Shown here one piece after another: positions 1 to 11,500 of a stretch of 64,000 nucleotides of DNA. The notes below the pieces were generated by a model, which did no database searches, had not been told where the DNA came from, and worked only from the letters and a program-made list of their open reading frames with translations. This stretch comes from Octopus vulgaris (taxonomy: Eukaryota), in the NCBI GenBank assembly GCA_951406725.2, contig OX597819.1, positions 13,268,001 to 13,332,000 of the forward strand. Direction: 5' to 3'. Position 1 is the first letter of the stretch. Every line of letters begins with the position of its first letter. The translations under genes were made by a program, and so were the position numbers.

Positions 1-37
1 CCATCCCTGGTTCTCTGATACAGACTTTTTGTTTTAA

Positions 38-260
38 CCCTTTGGTGTTTAAGCCGGCCATATCCGGCCCAAATATCCTACATGTTTTACATTCAAACTG
101 GCCATATCTGGCCCCTCACACCTAACCTACATTGACATTCTAAGAATAAACTATCACACCATTGAAACTTCAAAAGCTGTAAGATAATGTAATGATTAAT
201 TCAAAACAATTTAAGTGAAAAATGTATTACATTTAACAGATTAATCTGAACACTAAAGGA
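38..260. mobile_element. piggyBac-type MITE, degenerate copy
   Basis: TTAA (34-37) followed by CCCTTT; ends in CACTAAAGG. Internal sequence matches the copies at 55652 and 60112. Confidence 0.7.
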
Positions 261-736
261 TCTAAAAACCTTCAATCAAAATTTCTTGCTAATTCGCTTT
301 CTAAGCACTGACAAACTTATTTTGCTACATCCTTCATTATTTTCACAATCAATTGAAACCAAGAAGGTGCATTTCATTGGAAATATGGTAACAGAAGGGT
401 TAACATTCATGTTTGCGATGCAAGTATTGTTACTGCTGTTGTTGTTTAACCCTAGGGCAATCCTGATCAAGCAGGCCTATGATCAAGGGCATTCCTGTTT
501 ATTTCAGCTTATATTATCCCAGTCTGTGCTTCCTCATCTTTTAGACTGTAGGAGTGTTTGGCTAGTATTTCTAGGTGGTTATGTGGTCATGTAGTGGCTT
601 CTTTGTAGCTAATGAATATATTCAAAGAGTGGGAAAGAGAGAGAGAGAGAGAGAGTGTCAATGCTGTTCACTGTTAATGTGGAATTTAAACTGTAACTTA
701 TTGGCTGCATATATATATGACAATGGTCTATAAGAA

Positions 737-1120
737 CATCATCATCATCATCATCATCATCGTTTAACATCCGCTTTCCATGCTAGCATGGGTTGGACGG
801 TTCAACTGGGGTCTGGGAAGCCCGAAGGCTGCATCAGGCCCAGTCAGATCTGGCAGTGTTTCTACAGCTGGATGCCCTTCCTAATGCCAACCACTCCGTG
901 AATGTAGTGGGTGCTTTTTACGTGCCACCGACACAGGTGCCAGACGAGGCTGGCAAACAGCCACGCTTGGATGGTGCTTTTCACGTGCCAACAGCATGGA
1001 GGCCAGGCGAGGCTGGCGAACGGCTATGCTTGGATGGTGCTTTTCACATGCCAACGGCATGGAGGCCAGGCGAGGCTGGCAACGGCCACGATCGGATGGT
1101 GTTTGTTACAGTTGTAATTT
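737..1120 (-). mobile_element. RTE-clade LINE 3' UTR fragment with (GAT)n tail and ~50-bp internal tandem repeats
   Basis: (CAT)n, then GTTTAAC..CCATGCTAGCATGG..CTACAGCTGGATGCCCTTCCTAA. Contains the GTGCTTTT(T)ACGTGCCA repeats also present in the 3' UTR of the RTE at 33.7-35.4 kb. Confidence 0.7.
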
Positions 1121-1302
1121 GATCCTCCATAGTCTGATATGATATTTCGGAATGAAAAATTCCTTCTTCAGATATCCCTAGGAGTCACTGCTATAGTCAG
1201 ACTATGGATAACTAAATTACAAGTTAATACAGTCCACTGTTTGTATTATAGTGCATTGTTGTGTCAGTCAAAACATTTTATTCTTTCTAAAGTATTATAC
1301 TA

Positions 1303-1710
1303 GGCACAGGAGTGGCTGTGTGGTAAGTAGCTTACCAACCACATGGTTCCGGGTTCAGTCCCACTGCGTGGCACCTTGGCAAGTGTCTTCTGCTATAGCC
1401 CCGGGCCGACCAATGCCTTGTGAGTGGATTTGGTAGACGGAAACTGAAAGAAGCCTGTTGTATATATGTATATATATATAAGTGTGTGTGTATATGTTTG
1501 TGTGTCTGTGTTTGTCCCCCTAGCATTGCTTGACAACCGATGCTAGTGTGTTTATGTCCCCGTCACTTAGCAGTTCGGCAAAAGAGACCAATAGAATAAG
1601 TACTGGGCTTACAAAGAATAAGTCCCGGGGTCGATTTGCTCGACTAAAGGCAGTGCTCCAGCATGGCCGCAGTCAAATGACTGAAACAAGTAAAAGAGTA
1701 AAAAGAGAGT
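1303..1710 (+). mobile_element. tRNA-derived SINE, family A
   Basis: Head GGCACAGGAGTGGCTGTGTGGTAAG..GGGTTCAGTCCC, central (TA)n(TG)n, tail of AAAAGAGT repeats. More than 12 near-identical copies in the window. Confidence 0.9.
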
Positions 1711-1887
1711 ATGATAAGCTCAAGTCTTTTGCATTGGTCAACATAATTGTCCAGAAAACCTACATTCCACTTATGGATCCTGCCACATAGAAGAATAGAG
1801 CACTGTTCCATAAAACTCTGAGCAACCAATCTTGCACTTCTCTAAAAATTTACTGTTCAAGAATTTTAGTATTTCAGTTGTGCACCT

Positions 1888-1889
<2 letters not shown>

Positions 1890-1948
<59 letters not shown>

Positions 1949-1960
1949 GTCTGTCTGTCT
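1890..1960. repeat. (CT)n/(CTGT)n microsatellite
   Basis: Visible directly. Confidence 0.95.
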
Positions 1961-2855
1961 ATGAATCTGAGTGTGTGAAGAGTGAAAACTAGAAAACTTC
2001 GAGTGAAGCCCCTGCTTCACTTTATTTTAATAAGTGTATACCTTTTATATATTTTTACATATTAGTGCATATGTGTAGTGTGTGCATGTCTGTGTGTGTA
2101 TGAATTTCTTTTTAGTAATATGACAGAAAGTGATCTCGTCTATGTGTGGTGGTAAACTAAATATGTAAATAGATTCTGTTTCATTTCTGTTTCCCTTCAT
2201 TAACACGAAACATCATAGAAAGGCTGTGAGCATCTTTCTTAGCTTTGTCACTCCCTTCCTTTAAAGGGCATTACTTACATCAGAAAGCACTGTTGTATCA
2301 TTATAATACTCTTATATACTTTTATGCTTTGCTAGCAATATAATATCGGGGCAAAGGTTTATAGTACAAATTGTGTTTTGGTGAGGTGAGTATTTATGGG
2401 TGGGATTATGGTTTTGTTTATATTAGGGTTTGTTTCTGTTTTGTGCTAAGTAGTAAGGTGTGTGTGTGTGCAGGTGCATGCATTTATATGATCACATAAA
2501 GGAGTGAAGAGAGAAGATGTGAATTCTTGTAAGCTGCATCTCATACAGCTTGTCTATGAGAGCAGTAACCTTGAATATAAACTGATTGAGGGGAGTCTTA
2601 TGTCCTGCTTCAGTTCTATCCTGTGTGGGGAAGGGGCATGATGGTTAAATGCCCCTCCCTAAGTCATGTGAAAGGATTAGTGACGGAAGAAGGCAACTTG
2701 CCATAAGAACAAGAAAAAAGACAAACATGATTTGTACAAAATCAAAGATTGGTAACTATGCGTTGCTATGTTTGTCAAATGATGAGGAACTGAAAGATGG
2801 CAAAATGGTGTGGGACCTAGAGATTTATCAACACATACCTGCATGGCAAATGAAA

Positions 2856-2888
<33 letters not shown>

Positions 2889-3519
2889 TGTGTGTGTGTA
2901 TACATGTGCATTTTTCATAGCACGCATTGAATGCACTTTCATAGCATGCATTGTAATGCATCTATGACTTTGAATAATTGCATTTATCATATAGCACGTT
3001 GAAAATATTTTCTTTTTTTTAAATGGATAAATGTTTGTTTAAAACCATTAAATTCTCCTGTGAATGTAAGATTAAAAAGATGGCTGTGTAAGTATTGTAT
3101 TGCTTCTAACATTTTTATTATCTTAGAGGAATGATAATGGCTCCATTGAGAAATTGTTCATTACAGACGTGAGCAATACATTATGTCTGAATGCTAGGAA
3201 TATTTTAATGTTGTAAAAACTTGCATACAGAGAGTTTTGTTGCTATACGCTTATATTAGCTTATCTATTAAAAGCAGGACATTCTAAATTTATACTTAGA
3301 CAGACTTGTATCAAATATTATAAAAAAGAAAAGCCAGATATCCAATCACTTGTAGATATTCTCAGAAACTGTTGGCACGCAACTGATGTCGTATCAGTTT
3401 TTATGACTTGTTTGTTTCTCCTGCATTAAAATAAACCTCATTCATTGTAATTTCTCACTGAGTTGTGGATGTACTACATGTTTGATACAAATAAACTATG
3501 CCTTCTGCATACATATATA

Positions 3520-3750
3520 TTTCTTTACTACCCACAAGGGGCTAAACACAGAGAGGACAAACAAAGACAGACAAATGGATTAAGTCGATTACATCGACCC
3601 CAGTGCGCAACTGGTACTTAATTTATCGACCCCGAAAGGATGAAAGGCAAAGTCGACCTCGGCGGAATTTGAACTCAGAACGTAACGGCAGACGAAATAC
3701 GGCTACGCATTTCGCCCGACGTGCTAACGTTTCTGCTAGTTCGCCACCTT
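3520..3750 (-). mobile_element. tRNA-derived SINE, family B (Nin/Deu-like central domain)
   Basis: Reverse complement contains GTTCAAATTCC (B box) and GCCTTTCATCCTTTCGGGGTCGATAAATTAAGTACCAG. Target-site duplication CTGCATACATATATA at 3505-3519 and 3751-3765. Confidence 0.9.
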
Positions 3751-5012
3751 CTGCATACATATATACATGTATGTGTGTGTTTGTATGTGTGCAAACATGC
3801 GTCCATACATACTGTGTGATAAAACAAGTTGTATTGGAAGCAATTCATTTGACAAGATCCAGATATACGGAGACAAAATAACCAAAATTCCCAGTGAAAA
3901 AAACCAGTAAAAGTTAGTTTGGTTGCCAAGCAATATTATTTGTGGAAAAACCTTTTATATGACTTGTGAACTATGATAAAAATTGGTTTTAGTTTCATCT
4001 TGAAATATAACTCAATAAAGAATGACATTTGTTTAAAATCTATGCAAGAAAATTATGAAGAATAAAAATGTTTTAATTTTTGCATGCTGCTGAAGAACTT
4101 TCTTTTTCTCCAACTGGGGTTGAGGGTTCTAACCTCATCCTTGCCAACTTTATACATTTTCCTTTCTTCTAATCAAACTACAGGCAAAACCTCTACACTG
4201 CTCATACATCTGGCAATGACATTTCTCAACTCTTTCTTATCTTCCACTATGATCCTTGCAGTTCTTATTCAATCTTACAAACATAAAACAACACATTTTC
4301 CTCTTTGTTAAAATCCAGGAACCAGAAATTAAGGTTCTAAAATGGAATTTATGATATAACTGAGTCACAGGCTCAATTTTCCATGAATCCACTGTTTCAC
4401 CACTTCACCTGTTCACTGGATATATAATGAGTACATAAATATATACAACCATATCCATATGAATTGAGTCATGCTATGAAATCAAGCCCATGGGGGTTCT
4501 CTTGTCATTGATCCTAGATGAAGATTAGACAGTTTCGTTGTTACTTAACTCATCAGGGTTCATTCATATTTCCCTCCCACTGTGCTGAGGGGAAGTAATA
4601 AAAGGCTACTTGTTGCACAAAATTGTGTCGCTATAATTTATATAGTGGATTCTCTGGAATCTCAAATGTAAAATGGTCCTACAATCAAGCTGTCAAGAAA
4701 CCCACACAAATTATTTTTCAGTGGTCAAGGCTTTCCACACTTTCTGGAAATGCTAATAGCTTGCTACAAACTCATTAAACAACTTCAAGCTTTTCTATTA
4801 AGAGTCCTCCATCTCCTGGGTTAATTGCCTTCACTATGGTTCAGAGTCCAACCCCCCCACCTCTGTTACTTGGGTGCCAAATCAGAAATTTCTAAACCCT
4901 CGTATATACATATATAGATGTCATACACGGAAACAAACGCATAAACACAGGGTTTGAACTGATTGGAAACAAGCCTTAAATGTTTGCCTTTAATCTTTCT
5001 GGTTGTTATTAT

Positions 5013-5402
5013 TGGAGGCGCAATGGCCCAGTGGTTAGGGTAGCGGACTCGCGGTCATAGGATCGCGGTTTCGATTCCCATACCGGGCGTTGTGAGTGTT
5101 TATTGAGCGAAAACACCTAAAAGCTCCACGAGGCTCCTGCAGGGGATGGTGGTGATCCCTGCTGTACTCTTTCACCACAACTTTCTCTCACTCTTACTTC
5201 CTGTTTCTGTTGTACCTGTATTTCAAGGGGCCGGCCTTGTCACTCTCTGTGTCACGCTGAATATCCCCGAGAACTACGTTAAGGGTACACGTGTCTGTGG
5301 AGTGCTCAGCCACTTACACGTTAATTTCATGAGCAGGCTGTTCCGTGGATTCGGATCAACCGGAACCCTCATCGTCGTAACCGACAGAGTGCTTCCATCC
5401 CA
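5013..5402 (+). mobile_element. tRNA-derived SINE, family C
   Basis: Head TGGAGGCGCAATGGCCCAGTGGTTAGGG..GTTTCGATTCC, tail CTTCCATCC. Near-identical copies at 56.7, 61.0 and 61.6 kb. Confidence 0.9.
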
Positions 5403-6585
5403 TGTTAATATTATTGCTTAAACTGACAACTACAGCAAATAGAATTTCAAATCCTTCCTACTTCAGTAACCATTTCATCTTCTGCTGCATCCCTAACCAT
5501 TCTTCCTTTCTCTTAACATGTCTTGTTATTCCTTGGCAACTCTTTGTAAATATTTCAATTTATTAGCCTTGTTCAACATTAGTTGTGATGTAAACTCTCA
5601 TTTTTAATTGGCTGTGATATTTCTCATGCTTCTGTTTTTATCAGTTTATATTCACTGACTGAAAATAAGTCTCATCATATATAGACATCATTAATCTAAA
5701 CCATCTTGTTTGCTGTGAGAAACCTACGTGTGTCATGCTTTGATAATCTTAGTTATTGTCTGACAATATTCTGTTATTCCTGTTTCTGTATGAAAGTAAT
5801 TGAATGATTCTTAATTGCTTTGCATATGACAGTTATGTGTGCTTTACCCTGTGTATATGCCTGATATCTGTATTTGTATGATTGTGTATGCATGTCCCTT
5901 TTCTACCATGTGTAATATATTTATTTATAGCATAAAGGGAGTATTGTGACCCATTCGGTTGTAGGGACACCACTTTAAGGCTTCATCTGCATGAGTAAAT
6001 TTGAAGTAAGTAAAATTGGTGTAATCCTTCCTTGTGCATTTTGTGGACGATGCCATTGTTGGTTATATATTTCCAACAGGCTAATTATCACTGGTTCAGT
6101 ACATTTCTAATAATGAAATTGACAATGCAGGCAGACTAAATACCACAAGGTATTTGTGTTGAAATGGTTTGTTGAATTTCTCATTGATATATGAATGAAA
6201 CAATATTGCTATTTTAATAGCTTGGTTGACTTGGGTATCGAGGAGTTAAAATTGTTGACATTTGCTTTGAAATTCAGGTCTTAGTTGTATATAACAAACT
6301 GTGATATCCATCAACTAGACTAGCTTTAGTTAGCCCTCTTGTGTGTGGTCAGGAATGGTTTCATGTTGTCTCCAAACTAAGACTGCAACAACTTGTAATT
6401 CATGGTTGTAGCTGCTCCTTTTCAATGTAAGAACACCTGAAATTGTAATTACATAAAAGTTTTGTAATTCATTGCTGTTTACAAAAATTGTGTGTTAAAA
6501 TATGTAGAGAGGAAGAGAGAGATTACTGTCTGCTTATTGTTTAAGATCAACTTAAGAGTACTTGATCCAGTGAGGTATACATATA

Positions 6586-7001
6586 CTCTCTTTACTCTTT
6601 ACTCTTTTAGTTGTTTCAGTCATTTGACTGTGGCCATGCTGGAGCACCGCCTTTAATCGAGCAACTCGACCCCGGGACTTATTCTTTTGTAAGCCCAGTA
6701 CTTATTCTATCGGTCTCTTTTGCCGAACCGCTAAGTAACGGGGACATAAACACACCAGCATCGGTTGTCAAGGAATGCTAGGGGGACAAACACAGACACA
6801 CAAACACACACACGCACATATATATATATACATATATACAACAGGCTTCTTTCAGTTTCCGTCTACCAAATCCACTCACAAGGCTTTGGTCGGCCCGAGG
6901 CTGTAGCAGAAGACACTTGCCCAAGGTGCCACGCAGTGGGACTGAACCCGGAACCATGTGGTTGGTAAACAAGCAACTTACCACACAGCCACTCCAGAGC
7001 C
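6586..7001 (-). mobile_element. SINE family A
   Basis: Reverse complement of the 1303-1710 element. Confidence 0.9.
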
Positions 7002-7280
7002 TATATATATATTTTTTTTTTATTTTTCAAATTGAGTAAAGAAAATAGATATGTCAGCATTTTGAATTATAGCAAGTGTTCAAAGTGACACTGACTACAC
7101 AGACCAATGGAACTGCAAATTTCGGTTGGTGTATGGTTGCAGTCCTTCAAATGGTCGCTTTCATGTTATTGATTGTTGCCAATTTTACATGATAAATCTT
7201 ATCTCTTCAGTTTCTCTATCAAAAATTATCCACTGGCCTCAAGTCTGATGAACATGCAAAACCTCAATGCTATCTCTTAG

Positions 7281-7417
7281 CTTAATCCATCCGTTTGGCA
7301 CATTTGTTCTCATCTTGTTTGTTGCTAACAGAACGTTTGGGCTGGTATACCCTCCAGCCTTCATCGGGGGTTTTGGGGGAAATTTTGAACCTTTGGTTCT
7401 CATTCCTAAGGTATTTT

Positions 7418-7456
<39 letters not shown>

Positions 7457-7740
7457 TCGCTGCCTGGAATTGAACTCAGAATCCTGGGGTTAGTAGCTCG
7501 CGCTCTTAGCCACTATGTCGTGTGCCCATGGGCATATGGCGTAGTGGTTCATATAATAATAATATTGAAAAATACCTTAGGAATGAGAACCCAGGTTTGA
7601 AATGTCCCCAAGACACCACCTGATGAAGGCTGGAGGGTATATCAGCCGAAATGTTGTGTTAACAACAAACAAGACGAGGGACAAATATCCGTCAAATGTA
7701 AATAATGTAAATAATTCCTCATCTCTTAAATATAGAACTG
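7281..7740. mobile_element. Head-to-head inverted element: tRNA-like head, (AAT)n, hammerhead-bearing tail
   Basis: Arms 7290-7440 and 7555-7700 are reverse complements. The centre holds A/B-box-like sequence. A second copy lies at 24162-24632. Confidence 0.75.
7612..7660 (+). ncRNA. Minimal type I hammerhead ribozyme-like motif (Penelope/retrozyme type)
   Basis: CTGATGA (7620-7626), extra A, stem II GGCTG/CAGCC, GAAA (7648-7651), TGTT (four-arm consensus CGTT), then GTGTT, which can pair with upstream GACAC/CAC as stem I. Confidence 0.6.
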
Positions 7741-7952
7741 TCTTTTATTTTGTTTATATATATATATATATATATAAATGTGTATGTGTGTGTGTGTGTG
7801 TGTATGTTATGACCATGTGGTTCTAGATTGTAGTATGTGGCTATTTCAGTGTTGCATATTAACAGAGGTCAAATTCCATTCAGTAACAACGACATCATTT
7901 GTTTCTATATTTTTTTTATGTCTTTTGTTTTCTTCCTCCCCATCTCCTGTAG

Positions 7953-8015
7953 ATATTTCCTAGTGACAACAAACAATGGAATGATACGGAAGGCACCGAA
8001 TCTGAGGATGACAAG
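7953..8015 (+). CDS. Candidate internal coding exon (IFPSDNKQWNDTEGTESEDDK) of the + strand gene
   Basis: Strong polypyrimidine tract and AG at 7951-7952, 63-nt open frame, AAG|GCAAGA non-canonical donor. Phase 0 matches the exon at 14032. Confidence 0.55.
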
Positions 8016-8146
8016 GCAAGAAATGACAATAATGAGTTCTTTCAACCAACTCTCTTACTAACCTCCAGCTTGACCTTTGCATCGGCTCTTTGCCTTCTCA
8101 ATAGTCCAAGATCTTTCTGTTAATAGAATCTGTGACCACCTATCAG

Positions 8147-8184
<38 letters not shown>

Positions 8185-8262
8185 AATCCCACATGTTCTT
8201 TTTTGTCTACTTTCTCATCACTAACCCTTCTCTTCAAATATGCTTGTCGGTTCATACACATA

Positions 8263-8672
8263 CTCTCTTTTACTCTTTTACTTGTTTCAGTCATTTGACT
8301 GCGGCCATGCTGGAGCACCGCCTTTAGTCGAGCAAATCGACCCCGGGACTTATTCTTTTTCTAAGCCCAGTACTTATTCTATCGGTCTCTTTTGCCGAAC
8401 CGCTAAGTGACGAGGACGTAAACACACCAGCATCGGTTGTCAAGCAATGCTAGGGGGACAAACACAGACACACAAACACATACACACACATACATATATA
8501 TATATACATATATACGACAGGCTTCTTTCAGTTTCCGTCTACCAAATCCACTCACAAGGCATTGGTCGGCCCGGGGCTATAGCAGAAGACACTTGCCCAA
8601 GATGCCACGCAGTGGGACTGAACCCGGAACCATGTGGTTGGTTAGCAAGCTACTTACCACACAGCCACTCCT
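8263..8672 (-). mobile_element. SINE family A
   Basis: Reverse complement of family A, lying within a ~130-bp local duplication. Confidence 0.9.
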
Positions 8673-9374
8673 ACACATACATACTCTCTCAATGTCTCAT
8701 CACCTTTCTTTCTCTCTCTCTCGTCCCACGGATGTTTTTTTTTGTCTATTTTCTCAACACTAACCCTTCTCTTCAAATATGCTTGTCGGTTCATACACAT
8801 CCATACTCTCTGTTATTCTATCACTCAGTGTCTCATTACCTTTCTCCCTCTCCCTCTCTGTCTCTAATCTAACTCTTCTTCAGCATGTCTCCAGTTAAAG
8901 ACATTATACAAAGGAGGTGAAGATGCATGTACCACCTTCAAAAGATGTCTGTCTTGAACAACAATCACTAATGCTGTTGTATCAATCAACTGTTGTTTTA
9001 TCGTTCATACTCAAACAAGATAACCTATGTTAGCATGAGACCTTTTACTTACAAATGTCTATAAATGTATTTTAAATATTTTCTGTAAATTTCTAAACAG
9101 AAATGATACGTTTGGTTGAATAAAGGGCAAAATAAATTGTTGTATGGCATTTAATATTTTTCTTTCAGTCTGATCCAGGTTTTTCAAGGATTGTAAGTTT
9201 ATTTATTCCTTAACAATTAGTTCACATTCTTCTCTATTAAGCATACACACAACTATATACAGCTCCCGCAGTCACACACACAGCCATAGCTGCACAAAGC
9301 TGATTGTATAACACAGATATAACTACTCACCGAATTCCTTAGCTCTCTCTCTCTCCCTCATATGTGTGTGTGTA

Positions 9375-9594
9375 TATATACTTGTTAAAGAGGACAACAA
9401 ATGCTGAAGCAAGGCAAACATCTCAAGTCATATACATTATTATTATTGCAAAAAATTCAGTCTTACAGCTGTTTCTGGGATATCCCAGAAACAGCTGTAA
9501 GGCTTTGAATTTTTTTCCAGTAATAATAATAATGTATATAACTTGAGATTTTTGCCTTGCTTCAGCATTTGTTGTCCTCTTTAACAATTATATA
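9375..9594. repeat. ~220-bp spacer-less palindrome, probably Penelope-like fold-back insertion
   Basis: Centre CTGGGAT|ATCCCAG at 9481/9482, arms ~110 bp with some mismatches. Contains GAAACAGCTGTA. Confidence 0.8.
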
Positions 9595-9771
9595 TCCACT
9601 ATATCGGAAATCTGCAATGGCTCCATAACTACCGTCACAGCTCTAACCTTGGAGCTCTAGTAATCCGTTACAGCACTTACCTAGCATACCTAGTCGTTTA
9701 GATCACCTGCAAACTAAACCCCCATCCTTTGTATGTATGTATGTATATCTATTTATCTATCTATCTATCTA

Positions 9772-9808
<37 letters not shown>

Positions 9809-10056
9809 CAACAATATTAAGGAATGGCCTTGATAGGCCAATTGACCCACTAGAAAGAGCAGCTAAACTCAAACTGCTAAGTAGTTGTAATTCAGAAACC
9901 AAAGGAAAATAAAAACATTTACCCTTATCATCTTTGGACTATGCATAGTTTCGACATACATTTTGGTTTCTGAATTACAACTACTTAGCGGTTTGAGTTT
10001 AGCTGCTCTTTCTAGTGGGTCGAATGGCCTATCAAGGTCATTCCTTAATATTGTTG
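9809..10056. repeat. Inverted repeat, ~95-bp arms and ~58-bp spacer
   Basis: 9809-9903 is the near-exact reverse complement of 9962-10056. Confidence 0.85.
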
Positions 10057-10145
10057 AATGTACATTATATAGTCTGTTGACTATTATTTCTTTCTCACTG
10101 GACCGCTGGTGGCAAAAAAATTTCTCTTGAATTTTTGCTACCCTG

Positions 10146-10192
<47 letters not shown>

Positions 10193-10234
10193 CTGTATTT
10201 CAGGATGGTCGCACTGTATATTCATTCATTTCTT

Positions 10235-10445
10235 TATAAATGTTGTTATTCTTGCTCATGTTCATTGTCCGGGAATCTTTCGTCACACATCTGTGACCTC
10301 CTCAGCAACACTTTCTCTCTTCGTGTGTGCTCTTGCTCTGTTTATTCCATTCTGTTCTGCTATGATGTCATCTGAGGAGGTCACAAATGTGTGACGAAAG
10401 ATTTCTGGACAATGGACATGAGTTAGAATAGGAACGGTAATAAAC
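10235..10445. repeat. Inverted repeat with a hammerhead-like core in each arm
   Basis: CTGAGGA-G-GTCACA-N4-TGTGAC-GAAAGAT at 10372-10402 (+) and 10275-10305 (-). Confidence 0.7.
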
Positions 10446-10574
10446 AAGTGAAGAACGAATATATGGTGCTTGTGTTTATTTGGCAAAAAAAAAAAAAATC
10501 ACCATCCCAAAATACAACAATATCTGTTTCAACACATGGTTTCACATCAGGAATCTTGCAACACAAATTAATAA

Positions 10575-10616
<42 letters not shown>

Positions 10617-10841
10617 TGATCATGATCATGATGATATATATATATATATTTATATATATACATATAGTATATATCTGTGTATCATACTGTGTGTATATAC
10701 ACCATAGAAAGGTTTGCTTTTGCAGTTTCTCTGAGAGAATATCTCTTTGTAAGACGTTTTATTAAAAACTACAGGTTTGTGAAGTGATTTTTGCCTTGCC
10801 CAAAAGCCATAGCCAGTCATTTTACAGTGTGTATGTATGTG

Positions 10842-10894
<53 letters not shown>

Positions 10895-11500
10895 AGATAA
10901 GAAAATGGAGAAATACATCTAAATCAAATATCAATTACCAGATAATACTCAATCACATACTTTATTAAACCACCACATAAGAGACTGTAGGGTTAAACAT
11001 AAAAAAGCAGAACAAATCAGTGTACATAAAGGAATGCATATAAAAAAGTGTACATAAAAGAGTAATGTTGTATAATAAGTAGAATATATATAAAAAAGAG
11101 AATATAAATATAAGTATAGATTACATCTTACAGCTGTTTCGGCCATGTAGATAAGTATGTCTCATTTTACCAATATTAGCCTTATATATATATATAATAC
11201 TGTTTCAATTGCATTCACTGAATTTTTTAACAGCCTGGTAGGCATTTCATAATGTCAGTCATGTAGTATTCACTGTTTCTCGTGTATCAATTGCACAAAT
11301 TTTGTTAAAGCATGTGAGAAATGGGCACATATTTTTAACAAAACCCAAGAAGGGTGAAAAGCATCTTATGATCCCATGAGTCACTGGGAATATTAGATGC
11401 TAGTAATTTTGTGGACAGAAAAATGGGGATCAATCAGACTAATTCTAATCTTGTAGCAGGATTTCTCCAGCAACTGAGTATCCTTTTCAACTATTCACAA

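Noticed and set aside
1303-1380. tRNA-like heads of SINE families A, B and C as tRNA genes
   Set aside because: They lack a complete cloverleaf and continue into repeat bodies present in many copies.
5931-6010. Acceptor-like TTTATAG followed by HKGSIVTHS.. and a GTAAGT donor
   Set aside because: All three frames hit stops before the strong donor; the only in-frame alternative donor (GTTGTA) is weak.
8130-8810. ~130-bp duplication around the SINE at 8263
   Set aside because: Low-complexity CT-rich local tandem duplication with no sign of function.
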